From a virus (lineage: Duplodnaviria > Caudoviricetes), in the IMG/VR virus record IMGVR_UViG_3300021961_000104, positions 1 to 59,340 of that record: DNA of 59,340 bases. One strand, given 5' to 3'. Shown here one piece after another: positions 7,873 to 16,774 of this stretch (within the stretch, counting starts at the first letter, position 1; every line of letters starts with the position of its first letter). Position numbers and translations under genes: made by a program. Below the pieces are notes generated by a model that was not told the origin of the DNA, made no database searches, and worked only from the letters and a program-made list of their open reading frames with translations.

Positions 7873-7950
7873 ATTAATATGGAAATTATACAATGAAAAC
7901 ATGATAAGCCAAGAAGTGGCTCAAATGTTACTAGATAAATACTATGAATA

Positions 7951-8454
7951 ATGAATATATTTTATTTAGATAGAGATCCAGTGAAAGCTGCACAAGTACA
8001 ATATGACAAGCATGTTGTTAAAATGATCTTAGAATCAGCTCAAATGTTGTGCACAGCACATCATCACTATGCTGAATTATTAGGTTATGACAATAGTTAT
8101 ATTCCTTACAAAAAAGCACACTACAATCATCCTTCAACAATATGGACTAGAAAAAATAGTAGAAATTACTATTGGTTGTTTAATCACATGATCGCATTAG
8201 GCAATGAATACACTAAACGTTATGGTAAAAAACACTTAAGCATAACCAAATGTTTTGAGGTACTTCAAAATTGTCCCTTAGGTATGCCATTAGGTGGTTC
8301 TTTTACAGAGCCACCTCAATGTATGCCAGATCAATATAAAGTTGATGGCGATAGCGTGTCAGCATATTGGAATTATTATGAAAACGAAAAACACACTGTA
8401 AAAAACAAGAATGAGCAAAAAATTATACGACATATTAACATTAAACAATTATAA
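7951..8454 (+). CDS. Pyrimidine-dimer DNA glycosylase/endonuclease V-like protein
   Basis: MNIFYLD...DKHVVKMILESAQML, NHPSTIW, PQCMPD family motifs. Confidence 0.8.
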   Translation: MNIFYLDRDPVKAAQVQYDKHVVKMILESAQMLCTAHHHYAELLGYDNSYIPYKKAHYNHPSTIWTRKNSRNYYWLFNHMIALGNEYTKRYGKKHLSITKCFEVLQNCPLGMPLGGSFTEPPQCMPDQYKVDGDSVSAYWNYYENEKHTVKNKNEQKIIRHINIKQL

Positions 8455-8639
8455 TGGTATTTCTGACAAAATCAAAAGAGAAAGAAAAAAAAGCGCGCCA
8501 CGTGAAGTTTCTGGAGAGCAAGATAACAGAACTTTACAGCGAAGTTCTAAGTGAAGTTATAGAGGGCAATAGCCCTATAAACAAAGCAAAATTAATCAAA
8601 AAATATAATAATAGATTAAAATTATTAACATGGGTGTGA
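8454..8639 (+). CDS. Hypothetical protein
   Basis: TAATG coupling with upstream gene. Confidence 0.65.
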   Translation: MVFLTKSKEKEKKARHVKFLESKITELYSEVLSEVIEGNSPINKAKLIKKYNNRLKLLTWV

Positions 8640-8724
8640 CAGAAGAATTATTTGTTAAATTAAAACAAAAACAAAATAAATTCACAAAAGACAAAATTAT
8701 ATTTTGTACTTTAGAACCAGAAAC

Positions 8725-8770
8725 TGTGACAAAAGCCCTTAAGTATAAATAGTAATAGGCTAATGTCACA
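8725..8770. promoter_or_regulatory. Palindrome-flanked site B (TGTGACA-N32-TGTCACA), overlapping start codon of HTH gene
   Basis: Reverse complement aligns with 465-512; right arm overlaps ATG at 8763. Confidence 0.65.
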
Positions 8771-9383
8771 TGAAAGAAACATAGATTATTTACACAAAAG
8801 ACGTATTGTCTATCGTAGAAATCCTATAAACGATAAACCAACGCAAAGGTTTGAGTGGGGTGATTTCTATGAAGACGGTACGTATGAGTGTTACACATTG
8901 TTTCGTAGTAAAGCTAAAATCACAACATATAAATCTTTAAAATGGCATTTGTTAGTGTTATGGTATCTTAATCCACAATTAGATCAAGATGATTTTGATG
9001 ATATAGCTAGATTTTTATGCCATAAAGAAAATGGATTTATAACTTTTAATGTAATACCAGGTGTATTAAACAATATAATACATGAGGTTAGCATGTTTGA
9101 CTTAGATGAACCTCCAAAAAACAAATTAAGAAAAATTATATTTAATGATTTTTGCGGTTTATCTTTAGAAGAAAAAATGAAGATAGTTGGTCAAATGATA
9201 GGTAAATCAAAAAAAGTAAATCAAGACGATATTTACGAATGTATGATAGATCTTAATGACACAGGTCAAAAGATAACAATATCTCGTATCGCTAATTTAT
9301 TAAATTGTTCACCTAGAACAGTATACAGAACAATGGGTAATGAACTTAAGAAAGAAAAAGAATTGTTAAACAAACAAATATGA
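8763..9383 (+). CDS. DNA-binding protein with C-terminal HTH (possible replication initiator/regulator)
   Basis: ITISRIANLLNCSPRTVYR HTH. Confidence 0.75.
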   Translation: MSHERNIDYLHKRRIVYRRNPINDKPTQRFEWGDFYEDGTYECYTLFRSKAKITTYKSLKWHLLVLWYLNPQLDQDDFDDIARFLCHKENGFITFNVIPGVLNNIIHEVSMFDLDEPPKNKLRKIIFNDFCGLSLEEKMKIVGQMIGKSKKVNQDDIYECMIDLNDTGQKITISRIANLLNCSPRTVYRTMGNELKKEKELLNKQI

Positions 9384-9476
9384 GTAAAGAATTTAACGAG
9401 TGGATGGCTTATATAGGTAATATATACTATGCCAATAACGCATTAATGGAAAAAGCATTTGAAAAACTAGAAAAAA

Positions 9477-10232
9477 ATGAAGAAATATAACGTACAAAAT
9501 TACATTAGATACAAAGAAGATGTTAAAAAATCTATGCCTAATGACAGAAAATATAATGAGTACAATAGAGACGAACTTATTATAAAGTTTTTACCACTTG
9601 TAGAAAATTTAGCCAGAAAATTCTCTACATCTCAACAAGCTTCAGGTGTTTTAACTATAAATGATTTAATTCAAATTGGATCTGAATCTTTGATAAAAGC
9701 GGTTGATAGAATTGAATGGGAAACATTAAACAAATCAGAAGACATCGAAAAAACTTTAAAATCATTTTTGTCGAAAAGAATAAAAGGCGGTATTAGAAGA
9801 CAAATAGATATGGCTAGAGGTAACATGAGAATACCAGAGCATAAACTAAATGAAATACGTAGTAACCCTAAAGACAAACAAATGGTTGAAATGTTTTTTA
9901 ATAGTATATTCTTAAGTATAGATGCTCAAACTTCTAACGACGACGAGGAAAATATGATATATCAAATTGCAGATAAATCTGAACCATATAACATACAATT
10001 TCTTAACATTTATTTAAAAAGTTTAATGGAAAAACATTTAAACAAAAATGAATATGAAGTGCTTAGACTTTCTTACGGTCTTGACTGTGATCCGCATTCT
10101 GCAATTCAAATAGCAGAAAAATTAGGTATCAATGGTACAAGTTCTTACGTTAGAGTATCTGAGCTTAAAAAACAGGCTGTAACCAAATTAATAGAAAGCG
10201 TAGATCACTCACAAGTGCTTGATTTTCTTTAA
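9477..10232 (+). CDS. RNA polymerase sigma70-family factor
   Basis: Region 2 LPLVENLARKF...DLIQIG...LIKAVDR, MRIP, region 4 VLRLSYGL...IAEKLG. Confidence 0.9.
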   Translation: MKKYNVQNYIRYKEDVKKSMPNDRKYNEYNRDELIIKFLPLVENLARKFSTSQQASGVLTINDLIQIGSESLIKAVDRIEWETLNKSEDIEKTLKSFLSKRIKGGIRRQIDMARGNMRIPEHKLNEIRSNPKDKQMVEMFFNSIFLSIDAQTSNDDEENMIYQIADKSEPYNIQFLNIYLKSLMEKHLNKNEYEVLRLSYGLDCDPHSAIQIAEKLGINGTSSYVRVSELKKQAVTKLIESVDHSQVLDFL

Positions 10233-10261
10233 TTTACTTCAGTAAAACTGTTTTTATATAT

Positions 10262-10270
10262 GTAATTATA
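10262..10270 (+). promoter_or_regulatory. Putative middle/late promoter box GTAATTATA
   Basis: Intergenic between sigma and erf; resembles GTRATAnTA boxes upstream of late genes. Confidence 0.35.
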
Positions 10271-10294
10271 TTAATAACCAAACCACATACCAGT

Positions 10295-10837
10295 ATGACA
10301 TTAAATGAAAAATTAGCAACAATTCAGACAAAATTTAAATCAAAGAAAAGTAGATTTAATTCATTCGGCAAATATTACTTCAGATCAGCCGAAGATATCC
10401 TTGAAGCAACAAAACCCTTTCTATTAGAGTTAGGAGTATCAATTAGAATTGACGAAGACTTAATTGAAATGAGCGGTATACCTATTATTTGTTCTACAGC
10501 TACAATAAGCGACGGTGAAGATCAAATACGCGCTACAGCTATAGTCGGTGTTGATTTAGAGCAAAAAGGCATGCAAGTACCTCAACAATTTGGATCTGCT
10601 TCAAGTTACGGGAAAAAATATGCGTTAGGTAATTTATTCCTAATAGACGACACTCAAGATTCAGATGCAACAAATACTCATGACAAAACAGCAAAAACTA
10701 AAGTTGCATTAACATCCAAAACAGATCCTGCTTTTAATAAAGCAAAGGAATATGTAAAAGCGGGTGGTAAACTTGAAACAATTAAATCAAAATATGCCTT
10801 GTCTAAAGAAATCGAGGCTGAACTAAAAACCCTATAA
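10295..10837 (+). CDS. erf: ERF-family ssDNA annealing protein
   Basis: FNSFGKYYFRSAEDIL and GSASSYGKKYAL ERF motif. Confidence 0.9.
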   Translation: MTLNEKLATIQTKFKSKKSRFNSFGKYYFRSAEDILEATKPFLLELGVSIRIDEDLIEMSGIPIICSTATISDGEDQIRATAIVGVDLEQKGMQVPQQFGSASSYGKKYALGNLFLIDDTQDSDATNTHDKTAKTKVALTSKTDPAFNKAKEYVKAGGKLETIKSKYALSKEIEAELKTL

Positions 10838-11568
10838 TGGACAAAGAAAAAGTGTTAAAGAAGTTAGAAATAGATGAGCATTATTATGGAGAATTTGGTA
10901 AAAAATTCTTAAGTAACTCTGATATATCAACTTTACTAACAAACCCTTTGGCTTTAGGTAAGCAGTCGGAAAAATCTCCAGCTTTTTTAGTTGGAGGTTA
11001 TTTCCACACTGCAATTCTAGAACCTGATAAATTAAAAAACTTTAAAATAATTCAATCAACAACTAGAAACACTAAAGCGTACAAAGAGATCTCCGATGGA
11101 GAATTATGCTTATTGCAACATGAAGTAGATCAAATAGAATTAATGACAGATAAAGTTTTGTCTAATGATGTTTGTAGAGATCTTATTCGTGGTATAAATG
11201 TAGAATACGAAAAACCAGGTGTAACAGAACTAGAAGGTTTAGGATGGAAAGGTAAAGCTGATATAGTTAATCATGACGAAAGATTAATCATCGATTTAAA
11301 AACTACAGCTGACATAAATAAATTTAAGTACTCGGCTTCAAAATATAATTACGATAGTCAAGCTTATATTTATAGTAAACTTTTTGGTTATGAGTTTTTG
11401 TTTATAGTTATAGACAAAACAACACATCAAATAGGAGTATTCGATTGTTCTCCTGAATTTTATAACAAAGGCGAAGATAAAGTTAAAAGAGCATCAGAAC
11501 AATATAAACTATTTTATCAATCAGAAAACTTCGACCCTAATCAATTTTTTATTAACCAAACCCTTTAA
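10837..11568 (+). CDS. RecE/exonuclease VIII-like PD-(D/E)XK nuclease (DUF3799-like)
   Basis: LSNS, GGYFHTAILEP, KGKAD, IIDLKTT, YDSQAYIY. Confidence 0.85.
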   Translation: MDKEKVLKKLEIDEHYYGEFGKKFLSNSDISTLLTNPLALGKQSEKSPAFLVGGYFHTAILEPDKLKNFKIIQSTTRNTKAYKEISDGELCLLQHEVDQIELMTDKVLSNDVCRDLIRGINVEYEKPGVTELEGLGWKGKADIVNHDERLIIDLKTTADINKFKYSASKYNYDSQAYIYSKLFGYEFLFIVIDKTTHQIGVFDCSPEFYNKGEDKVKRASEQYKLFYQSENFDPNQFFINQTL

Positions 11569-11570
11569 AA

Positions 11571-11753
11571 ATGAAAAACCCAAAAAACCAAATCAAAACA
11601 TTTAGAACTTGTGTAGTTACAGGATTAAAAACAGATTCATCTAATTTTTATAGAAATCAAAATCACGTAAAAGCTGTAGACAATATTAGAAGAAATACTG
11701 GAGTAACTAAAAAGCAATTAATGAGAATGTTTAATCAATTAAATACATATTAA
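11571..11753 (+). CDS. Hypothetical basic protein
   Basis: ORF fills gap in operon. Confidence 0.65.
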   Translation: MKNPKNQIKTFRTCVVTGLKTDSSNFYRNQNHVKAVDNIRRNTGVTKKQLMRMFNQLNTY

Positions 11754-11754
11754 T

Positions 11755-12063
11755 ATGGCAAGTATTATTAAAACTAGTATCAATTTAGATGCAATTCCCA
11801 AAGATAAGATTATCATGGGCAAAAAAGGTAAATATTTACCTTTGACGTTTACTTTAAACGATGAGGTTGATAATTACGGTAATCAAGGTCCTGTTACTGT
11901 TGAACAAACAAAAGAGGAAAGAGATGCCAAAGCACCTAAAGTTTATTTAGGTAATGTAAAAGTAGTTTGGACTAATGGCACAAACGTAGAAGCTGCGCCT
12001 AGAGAAGGTCAACCAGCGCAAGCTATGAGCAAACAATCAGTAGAGGACGATCTACCATTTTAA
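11755..12063 (+). CDS. Single-stranded DNA-binding protein (putative)
   Basis: Acidic C-terminal DDLPF tail; between recombination and primase genes. Confidence 0.75.
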   Translation: MASIIKTSINLDAIPKDKIIMGKKGKYLPLTFTLNDEVDNYGNQGPVTVEQTKEERDAKAPKVYLGNVKVVWTNGTNVEAAPREGQPAQAMSKQSVEDDLPF

Positions 12064-12072
12064 TTAAATTAA

Positions 12073-13794
12073 ATGCAAGTAAACGAAACAGAGATCAATG
12101 GATTTTTGATTGATAAATTCAATCAACATGAGCTTGAAGTAGGTAAAACACAAGGGGTTTGTCCTTTGTGTTCTTCTGATAGACAACCCAAAAACCAAAA
12201 AGCAAAGTGCGCTTCTTATGATTGGGAACGGGGTCTCGGTACTTGCCACAATTGTAATAAATCATTTCAATTACATACTTATCAACGCAAAGGTGCTTCA
12301 GAAAAAATATATGTGAGACCTTTAATTGATAATGTTTCAGCTTTACAATCTAATTCTAAAGTTATTGAATGGTTTAAAACTAGAGGAATATCTCAGGAAA
12401 CTCTCAGGGACTTAAATGTCTCTGAGGGACCTGAGTTTATGCCTCAAACCGGTAAAACCGAGAATGTTATAAAGTTCAATTATATGATGGGCGATCAACT
12501 TATTAATATTAAGTATCGCGATGGTAGAAAGAACTTTAAATTATATAAAGGCGCTGAGAAAGTTTTTTACAATATAAACAATATTGTAGGTTACGATCAT
12601 TGTGTTATAGTAGAAGGAGAAATGGACGTCTTAGCTTTATACGAAGCTGGAATAAGTAATGCTATATCTGTACCAAATGGTGCTACATTAAATAGCAATA
12701 ATCTTGAATATTTAGATAACTGTATTGATTATTTTGAAGATAAACAAAAAGTAATTATTGCCGTTGACTCTGATGAAGCTGGTCAAGCTCTACAAACTGA
12801 ATTAGTTAGAAGACTTGGTGCTGAAGTTTGTTACATAGCTACTTTTCAAGATTGCAAAGATGCAAACGAATATTTATTAAAGTATGGAAAAGAACAACTG
12901 GCAAAGCGTATTACAGGGGCAAAACCTGTCCCACTTGAGAATGTTACAACGTTCAGGGATATTGAAGGAGAAATCACTGACTTCGTTAAAAATGGGTTTA
13001 AACCTGGTTTTCAAGTTGGATTGGAAAACTTTGACAATATATTTTCGACTTATACTGGTCAATTTATTACTGTCACTGGCATTCCATCGTCTGGTAAGTC
13101 GGATTTTGTCGACCAAATGTGTGTTGGATATAACAAAAACTACGGTTGGAAAACGGCATTTGCTTCTCCTGAAAATGCGCCAACGTATTTGCATGCACAT
13201 AAGCTCATGCGGAAAGTGTGGGAATATATGCCGAGTGCACAAGATATTGGTAATGACAAATGGAATCAAGTAGCAGAACATATTAACGACAATTTCTTTT
13301 TTATAGATATGGAGCGTTATACTTTAGAGTCTGTGCTTAGAAAAGGTGCTGAACTTGTAAAACGTAAAGGTATCAAATGCTTAGTTATAGATCCATTTAA
13401 TAAAGTAAGAGACGTAGATGCAAAATCTGATGACGTTAATAGATACACAATGGATTATTTACAGAAGATAGAAATGTTTTGTAAAAAATACGATGTATTA
13501 GTATTTATTGTAGCGCACCCAACTAAAATGTATAAAGATAGTAATGGTAAAATTGAAGAACCTACTATGTATAACATTAAAGGTGGCGGCGAATGGTATG
13601 ATGCTAGTTATCACGGTTTACTAGTTCATAGAGATTATGAAGCTAAAACAGTTAAAGCTAAAGTATTGAAAGTTAAATTTCAAAACCTTGGTGAAAACGG
13701 TGCTGAAGCTCATTTTAAATGGGAACCAAAGTCAGGATGTTTTGTTCCACATGAACCCATAAATATTTCTGATGAAAAAATGCCTTGGGAATAA
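12073..13794 (+). CDS. DNA primase-helicase (T7 gp4/Twinkle-like)
   Basis: N-terminal CxxC..CxxC zinc domain, TOPRIM VEGEMD/DSD, Walker A GIPSSGKS, VIDP. Confidence 0.95.
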   Translation: MQVNETEINGFLIDKFNQHELEVGKTQGVCPLCSSDRQPKNQKAKCASYDWERGLGTCHNCNKSFQLHTYQRKGASEKIYVRPLIDNVSALQSNSKVIEWFKTRGISQETLRDLNVSEGPEFMPQTGKTENVIKFNYMMGDQLINIKYRDGRKNFKLYKGAEKVFYNINNIVGYDHCVIVEGEMDVLALYEAGISNAISVPNGATLNSNNLEYLDNCIDYFEDKQKVIIAVDSDEAGQALQTELVRRLGAEVCYIATFQDCKDANEYLLKYGKEQLAKRITGAKPVPLENVTTFRDIEGEITDFVKNGFKPGFQVGLENFDNIFSTYTGQFITVTGIPSSGKSDFVDQMCVGYNKNYGWKTAFASPENAPTYLHAHKLMRKVWEYMPSAQDIGNDKWNQVAEHINDNFFFIDMERYTLESVLRKGAELVKRKGIKCLVIDPFNKVRDVDAKSDDVNRYTMDYLQKIEMFCKKYDVLVFIVAHPTKMYKDSNGKIEEPTMYNIKGGGEWYDASYHGLLVHRDYEAKTVKAKVLKVKFQNLGENGAEAHFKWEPKSGCFVPHEPINISDEKMPWE

Positions 13795-14046
13795 ATGGCT
13801 GGTTGGAAGAATCCTTGGGATATGGGAGAATGTAAGCCATCAAAAGAGCAATTTGATGCTTATATATGGTGCATTAGAAATAATATAAAAATATATCCTG
13901 TAGGTATACCTGGCGGAGGCGCTTGGTTTATAGAAATAGAAAACAATAACAAAAAAAATAGGACACCTAATGTGTTTATTAAAACACAAATATGGGAAAA
14001 ACTATTTGAATACTGTAAATACTACTACGACAAATATGAGAAATAA
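13795..14046 (+). CDS. Hypothetical protein
   Basis: ORF abutting helicase stop. Confidence 0.7.
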   Translation: MAGWKNPWDMGECKPSKEQFDAYIWCIRNNIKIYPVGIPGGGAWFIEIENNNKKNRTPNVFIKTQIWEKLFEYCKYYYDKYEK

Positions 14047-14677
14047 ATTTATAAACGCTGATGAGGCTTATGAATTTTTAATGAATGAGATTATTATAAA
14101 TGGTTTAGATTTTGATAACACTAAAGCACTGTTTAATTGTGGATTTTATATATTAAATCCAGAAGACAATCACATTAAAAATAAACACCGTAAATGGAGT
14201 TTAAAATACGCTGAAGCTGAATGGCAATGGTATTTGTCAGGTGATCCTAATATTAATAAGTTAGGTGAAATATATGGCAAAATACCTCCAATATGGCAAC
14301 GTATGGCCGATGAAAATGGTAATGTTAATTCAAACTATGGTTATCAATGGAAACGTAATGCGCAGATAGATTATATATGTGGCAAATTAAAAGCCAATAA
14401 AAATACTAGACACGCAGCTATAAGCATATATGACGCTAAAGAATATGATAAATACAAAACAGATACTCCATGTACTTACGCAGTTCAGTTTACGATTATA
14501 AACAATGATCTTTGTATGTCTGTCTACATGCGTTCTAATGACATCTGGTATGGTTTCTGTAACGATCAGTATCAGTTTTCATCATTGCAAAAAATGATTG
14601 CAAAGAGACTGAATTTAAACATTGGTTGGTATTATCATCACGCACATAACATGCATTTATATAACGATAAACTATAA
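14036..14677 (+). CDS. Thymidylate synthase-fold enzyme, dCMP hydroxymethylase-like
   Basis: PC catalytic motif, MRSND..GFCND, HNMHLY; start moved to ATG 14036. Confidence 0.85.
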   Translation: MRNKFINADEAYEFLMNEIIINGLDFDNTKALFNCGFYILNPEDNHIKNKHRKWSLKYAEAEWQWYLSGDPNINKLGEIYGKIPPIWQRMADENGNVNSNYGYQWKRNAQIDYICGKLKANKNTRHAAISIYDAKEYDKYKTDTPCTYAVQFTIINNDLCMSVYMRSNDIWYGFCNDQYQFSSLQKMIAKRLNLNIGWYYHHAHNMHLYNDKL

Positions 14678-14683
14678 AAAAAT

Positions 14684-15478
14684 ATGTATTATTTATACCA
14701 TATACCCGGTAAAAAGATTGGCGTTACACGTGATCTTAATAACAGGGTAACACAGCAACAAGGCTTTGCTGTAGATGAATATGAAGTTCTACTTACTAGC
14801 ACAGATATAGATTATATATCTGACATGGAAATAGAACTTCAACAGTCTTACGGCTACAAGAAAGATAGAACATTATACAAAAATTTATTTAAATCAAATA
14901 TGAAAATAAACCCAACAGACCAAACAAGTACATTTCCAGTTCCATTAAATAAACTAAAAGGCCATCTTATGGATAATCTAGGTTTAACATGGTCAACTCC
15001 TCAAGGATATGACTTTGAAATAACGCCAGATACGATCAAATGGATAATGTCTAACGCAACAACTTCAATGTTTAATAATAATCGTTGCTACATTTATAAT
15101 AAAGCATTCTACGAAGCTTTTAAAGATGCAATTAAAACTCCAAAAGAAAAAACTTTAGAAGATGTTTTTGTGCAATCAAATTTAACAAATTATTTCCCTT
15201 TAATTAGAGATTGGGCAGAAGATAGAGGTATATATGAGCACGGTAATTCTCACACTCAATATGTTAAGTTAATGGAAGAAGCTGGCGAACTAGCTAAAGC
15301 ATTGCTTGATGATAATATTGATGAAATAGAAGATGCTATTGGCGATATGGTTGTTGTTCTTACAAATTTAGCAGAACTTAATGACCTTAAAATTGAACGT
15401 TGTATTGAAACTGCATACAATCAAATTAAAAATCGTAAAGGAAAAATGACTAATGGAACTTTTGTAAAAAACTCATAA
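14684..15478 (+). CDS. GIY-YIG-like N-terminus fused to MazG-like nucleotide pyrophosphohydrolase
   Basis: YYLYH...KIGVT.DL..R; C-terminal KLMEEAGEL...DAIGD. Confidence 0.8.
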   Translation: MYYLYHIPGKKIGVTRDLNNRVTQQQGFAVDEYEVLLTSTDIDYISDMEIELQQSYGYKKDRTLYKNLFKSNMKINPTDQTSTFPVPLNKLKGHLMDNLGLTWSTPQGYDFEITPDTIKWIMSNATTSMFNNNRCYIYNKAFYEAFKDAIKTPKEKTLEDVFVQSNLTNYFPLIRDWAEDRGIYEHGNSHTQYVKLMEEAGELAKALLDDNIDEIEDAIGDMVVVLTNLAELNDLKIERCIETAYNQIKNRKGKMTNGTFVKNS

Positions 15479-15774
15479 TGAATATAGAAACTAAAGACGA
15501 AATAGTATTATCAGTACTTAAAAAAATGGACCAACGTAGTATTATAGGCCAAAAAAAATATGGAGCTACTATGATGCAAGAAATTGTTGGTGAAAAAAAA
15601 GATCTAAATAGATTTTTAATAGATGTTCAAGAGGAACTTATGGATGCATTACTTTATATAGAAGCAGCTAAACAATGTTTGCGAGACGAAATAGAAGAAT
15701 GTATGTTAAGACGTATGGACATTATAAGCCAAAACGGCAACACTGGAGAGCATTATGAGGAAAATGCTTGGTAA
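15478..15774 (+). CDS. Small all-alpha NTP pyrophosphohydrolase-like protein
   Basis: GQKKYG...QEELMDALLY. Confidence 0.6.
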   Translation: MNIETKDEIVLSVLKKMDQRSIIGQKKYGATMMQEIVGEKKDLNRFLIDVQEELMDALLYIEAAKQCLRDEIEECMLRRMDIISQNGNTGEHYEENAW

Positions 15775-16216
15775 AAAAAGGAGTGGTAAAAAAGGTCCCG
15801 TTGTAAGTAAGAAAGTTGTTTACGACGGGATTAATTTTGCTTCAGGATTAGAAAAATATATGTACATAGCTTTACAAAAAGCTAAAATCAAATCTAAATA
15901 CGAAGGAGAAACTTTTGTATTACTTAATGGTTTTCATTTTGAAAACGAAGTTTATGAAAGACAATCTAATGGAAAAGGATCATATATAAATAGAGGGGGT
16001 AAACGTATACTACCAATTAAATATACACCAGATTTTATAGGTGATAATTTCATAATTGAAACTAAAGGTAGATCCAACGACTCTTTTCCAATGCGCTGGA
16101 AGTTATTTAAAGAATTAGTAACAAATCAATTTCCAGGATATACATTATATAAACCACAAAATCAAAAAGAATGCGACGAGACGATAAGCATAATCCTTTC
16201 GAAGAGAAAAGGATAG
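15755..16216 (+). CDS. Endonuclease I-like PD-(D/E)XK nuclease/resolvase
   Basis: FASGLE, YTPDF, IETKG. Confidence 0.85.
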   Translation: MRKMLGKKRSGKKGPVVSKKVVYDGINFASGLEKYMYIALQKAKIKSKYEGETFVLLNGFHFENEVYERQSNGKGSYINRGGKRILPIKYTPDFIGDNFIIETKGRSNDSFPMRWKLFKELVTNQFPGYTLYKPQNQKECDETISIILSKRKG

Positions 16217-16344
16217 CAAGACAAAAGTACGCCGAACGCCAAATTGAAAAGTTTATAAAATGGAGTTGGGAAAATAGAGGTAAAGTAAAGTACAAAGAAT
16301 TAATTGAAATGCAAAATCAATATGGTATAAAGTGTTATGGCTAA
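16171..16344 (+). CDS. Small hypothetical protein (57 aa)
   Basis: Manually read ORF below track cut-off. Confidence 0.5.
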   Translation: MRRDDKHNPFEEKRIARQKYAERQIEKFIKWSWENRGKVKYKELIEMQNQYGIKCYG

Positions 16345-16477
16345 AGTAAAATCAAATGAATTTGCTTTCAAGAAAAAAGCAAAGGTTAAAAGACCTGAAA
16401 TTCACGCAAAATCAAAAACAAGTAGTTTAAAACAAAGCAAAAATTATGTCAAAAAATACAGAGGACAAGGAAAGTAA
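16337..16477 (+). CDS. Very basic small protein ending KKYRGQGK (46 aa)
   Basis: Manually read ORF. Confidence 0.65.
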   Translation: MAKVKSNEFAFKKKAKVKRPEIHAKSKTSSLKQSKNYVKKYRGQGK

Positions 16478-16607
16478 GCAGTGGTCGTTAGAAATAGGAC
16501 TTTATCCAGGTGTACTATTTGGAATAAGATCTTATGTTTACGAAGAAAGTACAGTATGGGTTTTATATTTACCGTTTGTAGATATAGCATTAGAAGTAGA
16601 TAATTAA
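16446..16607 (+). CDS. Small hypothetical protein (53 aa)
   Basis: Manually read; TAATG-coupled to next ORF. Confidence 0.55.
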   Translation: MSKNTEDKESKQWSLEIGLYPGVLFGIRSYVYEESTVWVLYLPFVDIALEVDN

Positions 16608-16774
16608 TGAAGGAAGATTTAGAAAGTAAACTTCACAGTATAGATGTTTTTACGCGTGACATATTAGATGACATGCGTAAATTATCTATATCAACTTCTA
16701 AAGCTGATATGATGGCTCATATAAATGCATGGAAAAATAATCTAAAAACAATTAAAAAAATAATAGAATTATAA
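16607..16774 (+). CDS. Small hypothetical protein (55 aa)
   Basis: Manually read; TAATG coupling on both sides. Confidence 0.6.
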   Translation: MKEDLESKLHSIDVFTRDILDDMRKLSISTSKADMMAHINAWKNNLKTIKKIIEL

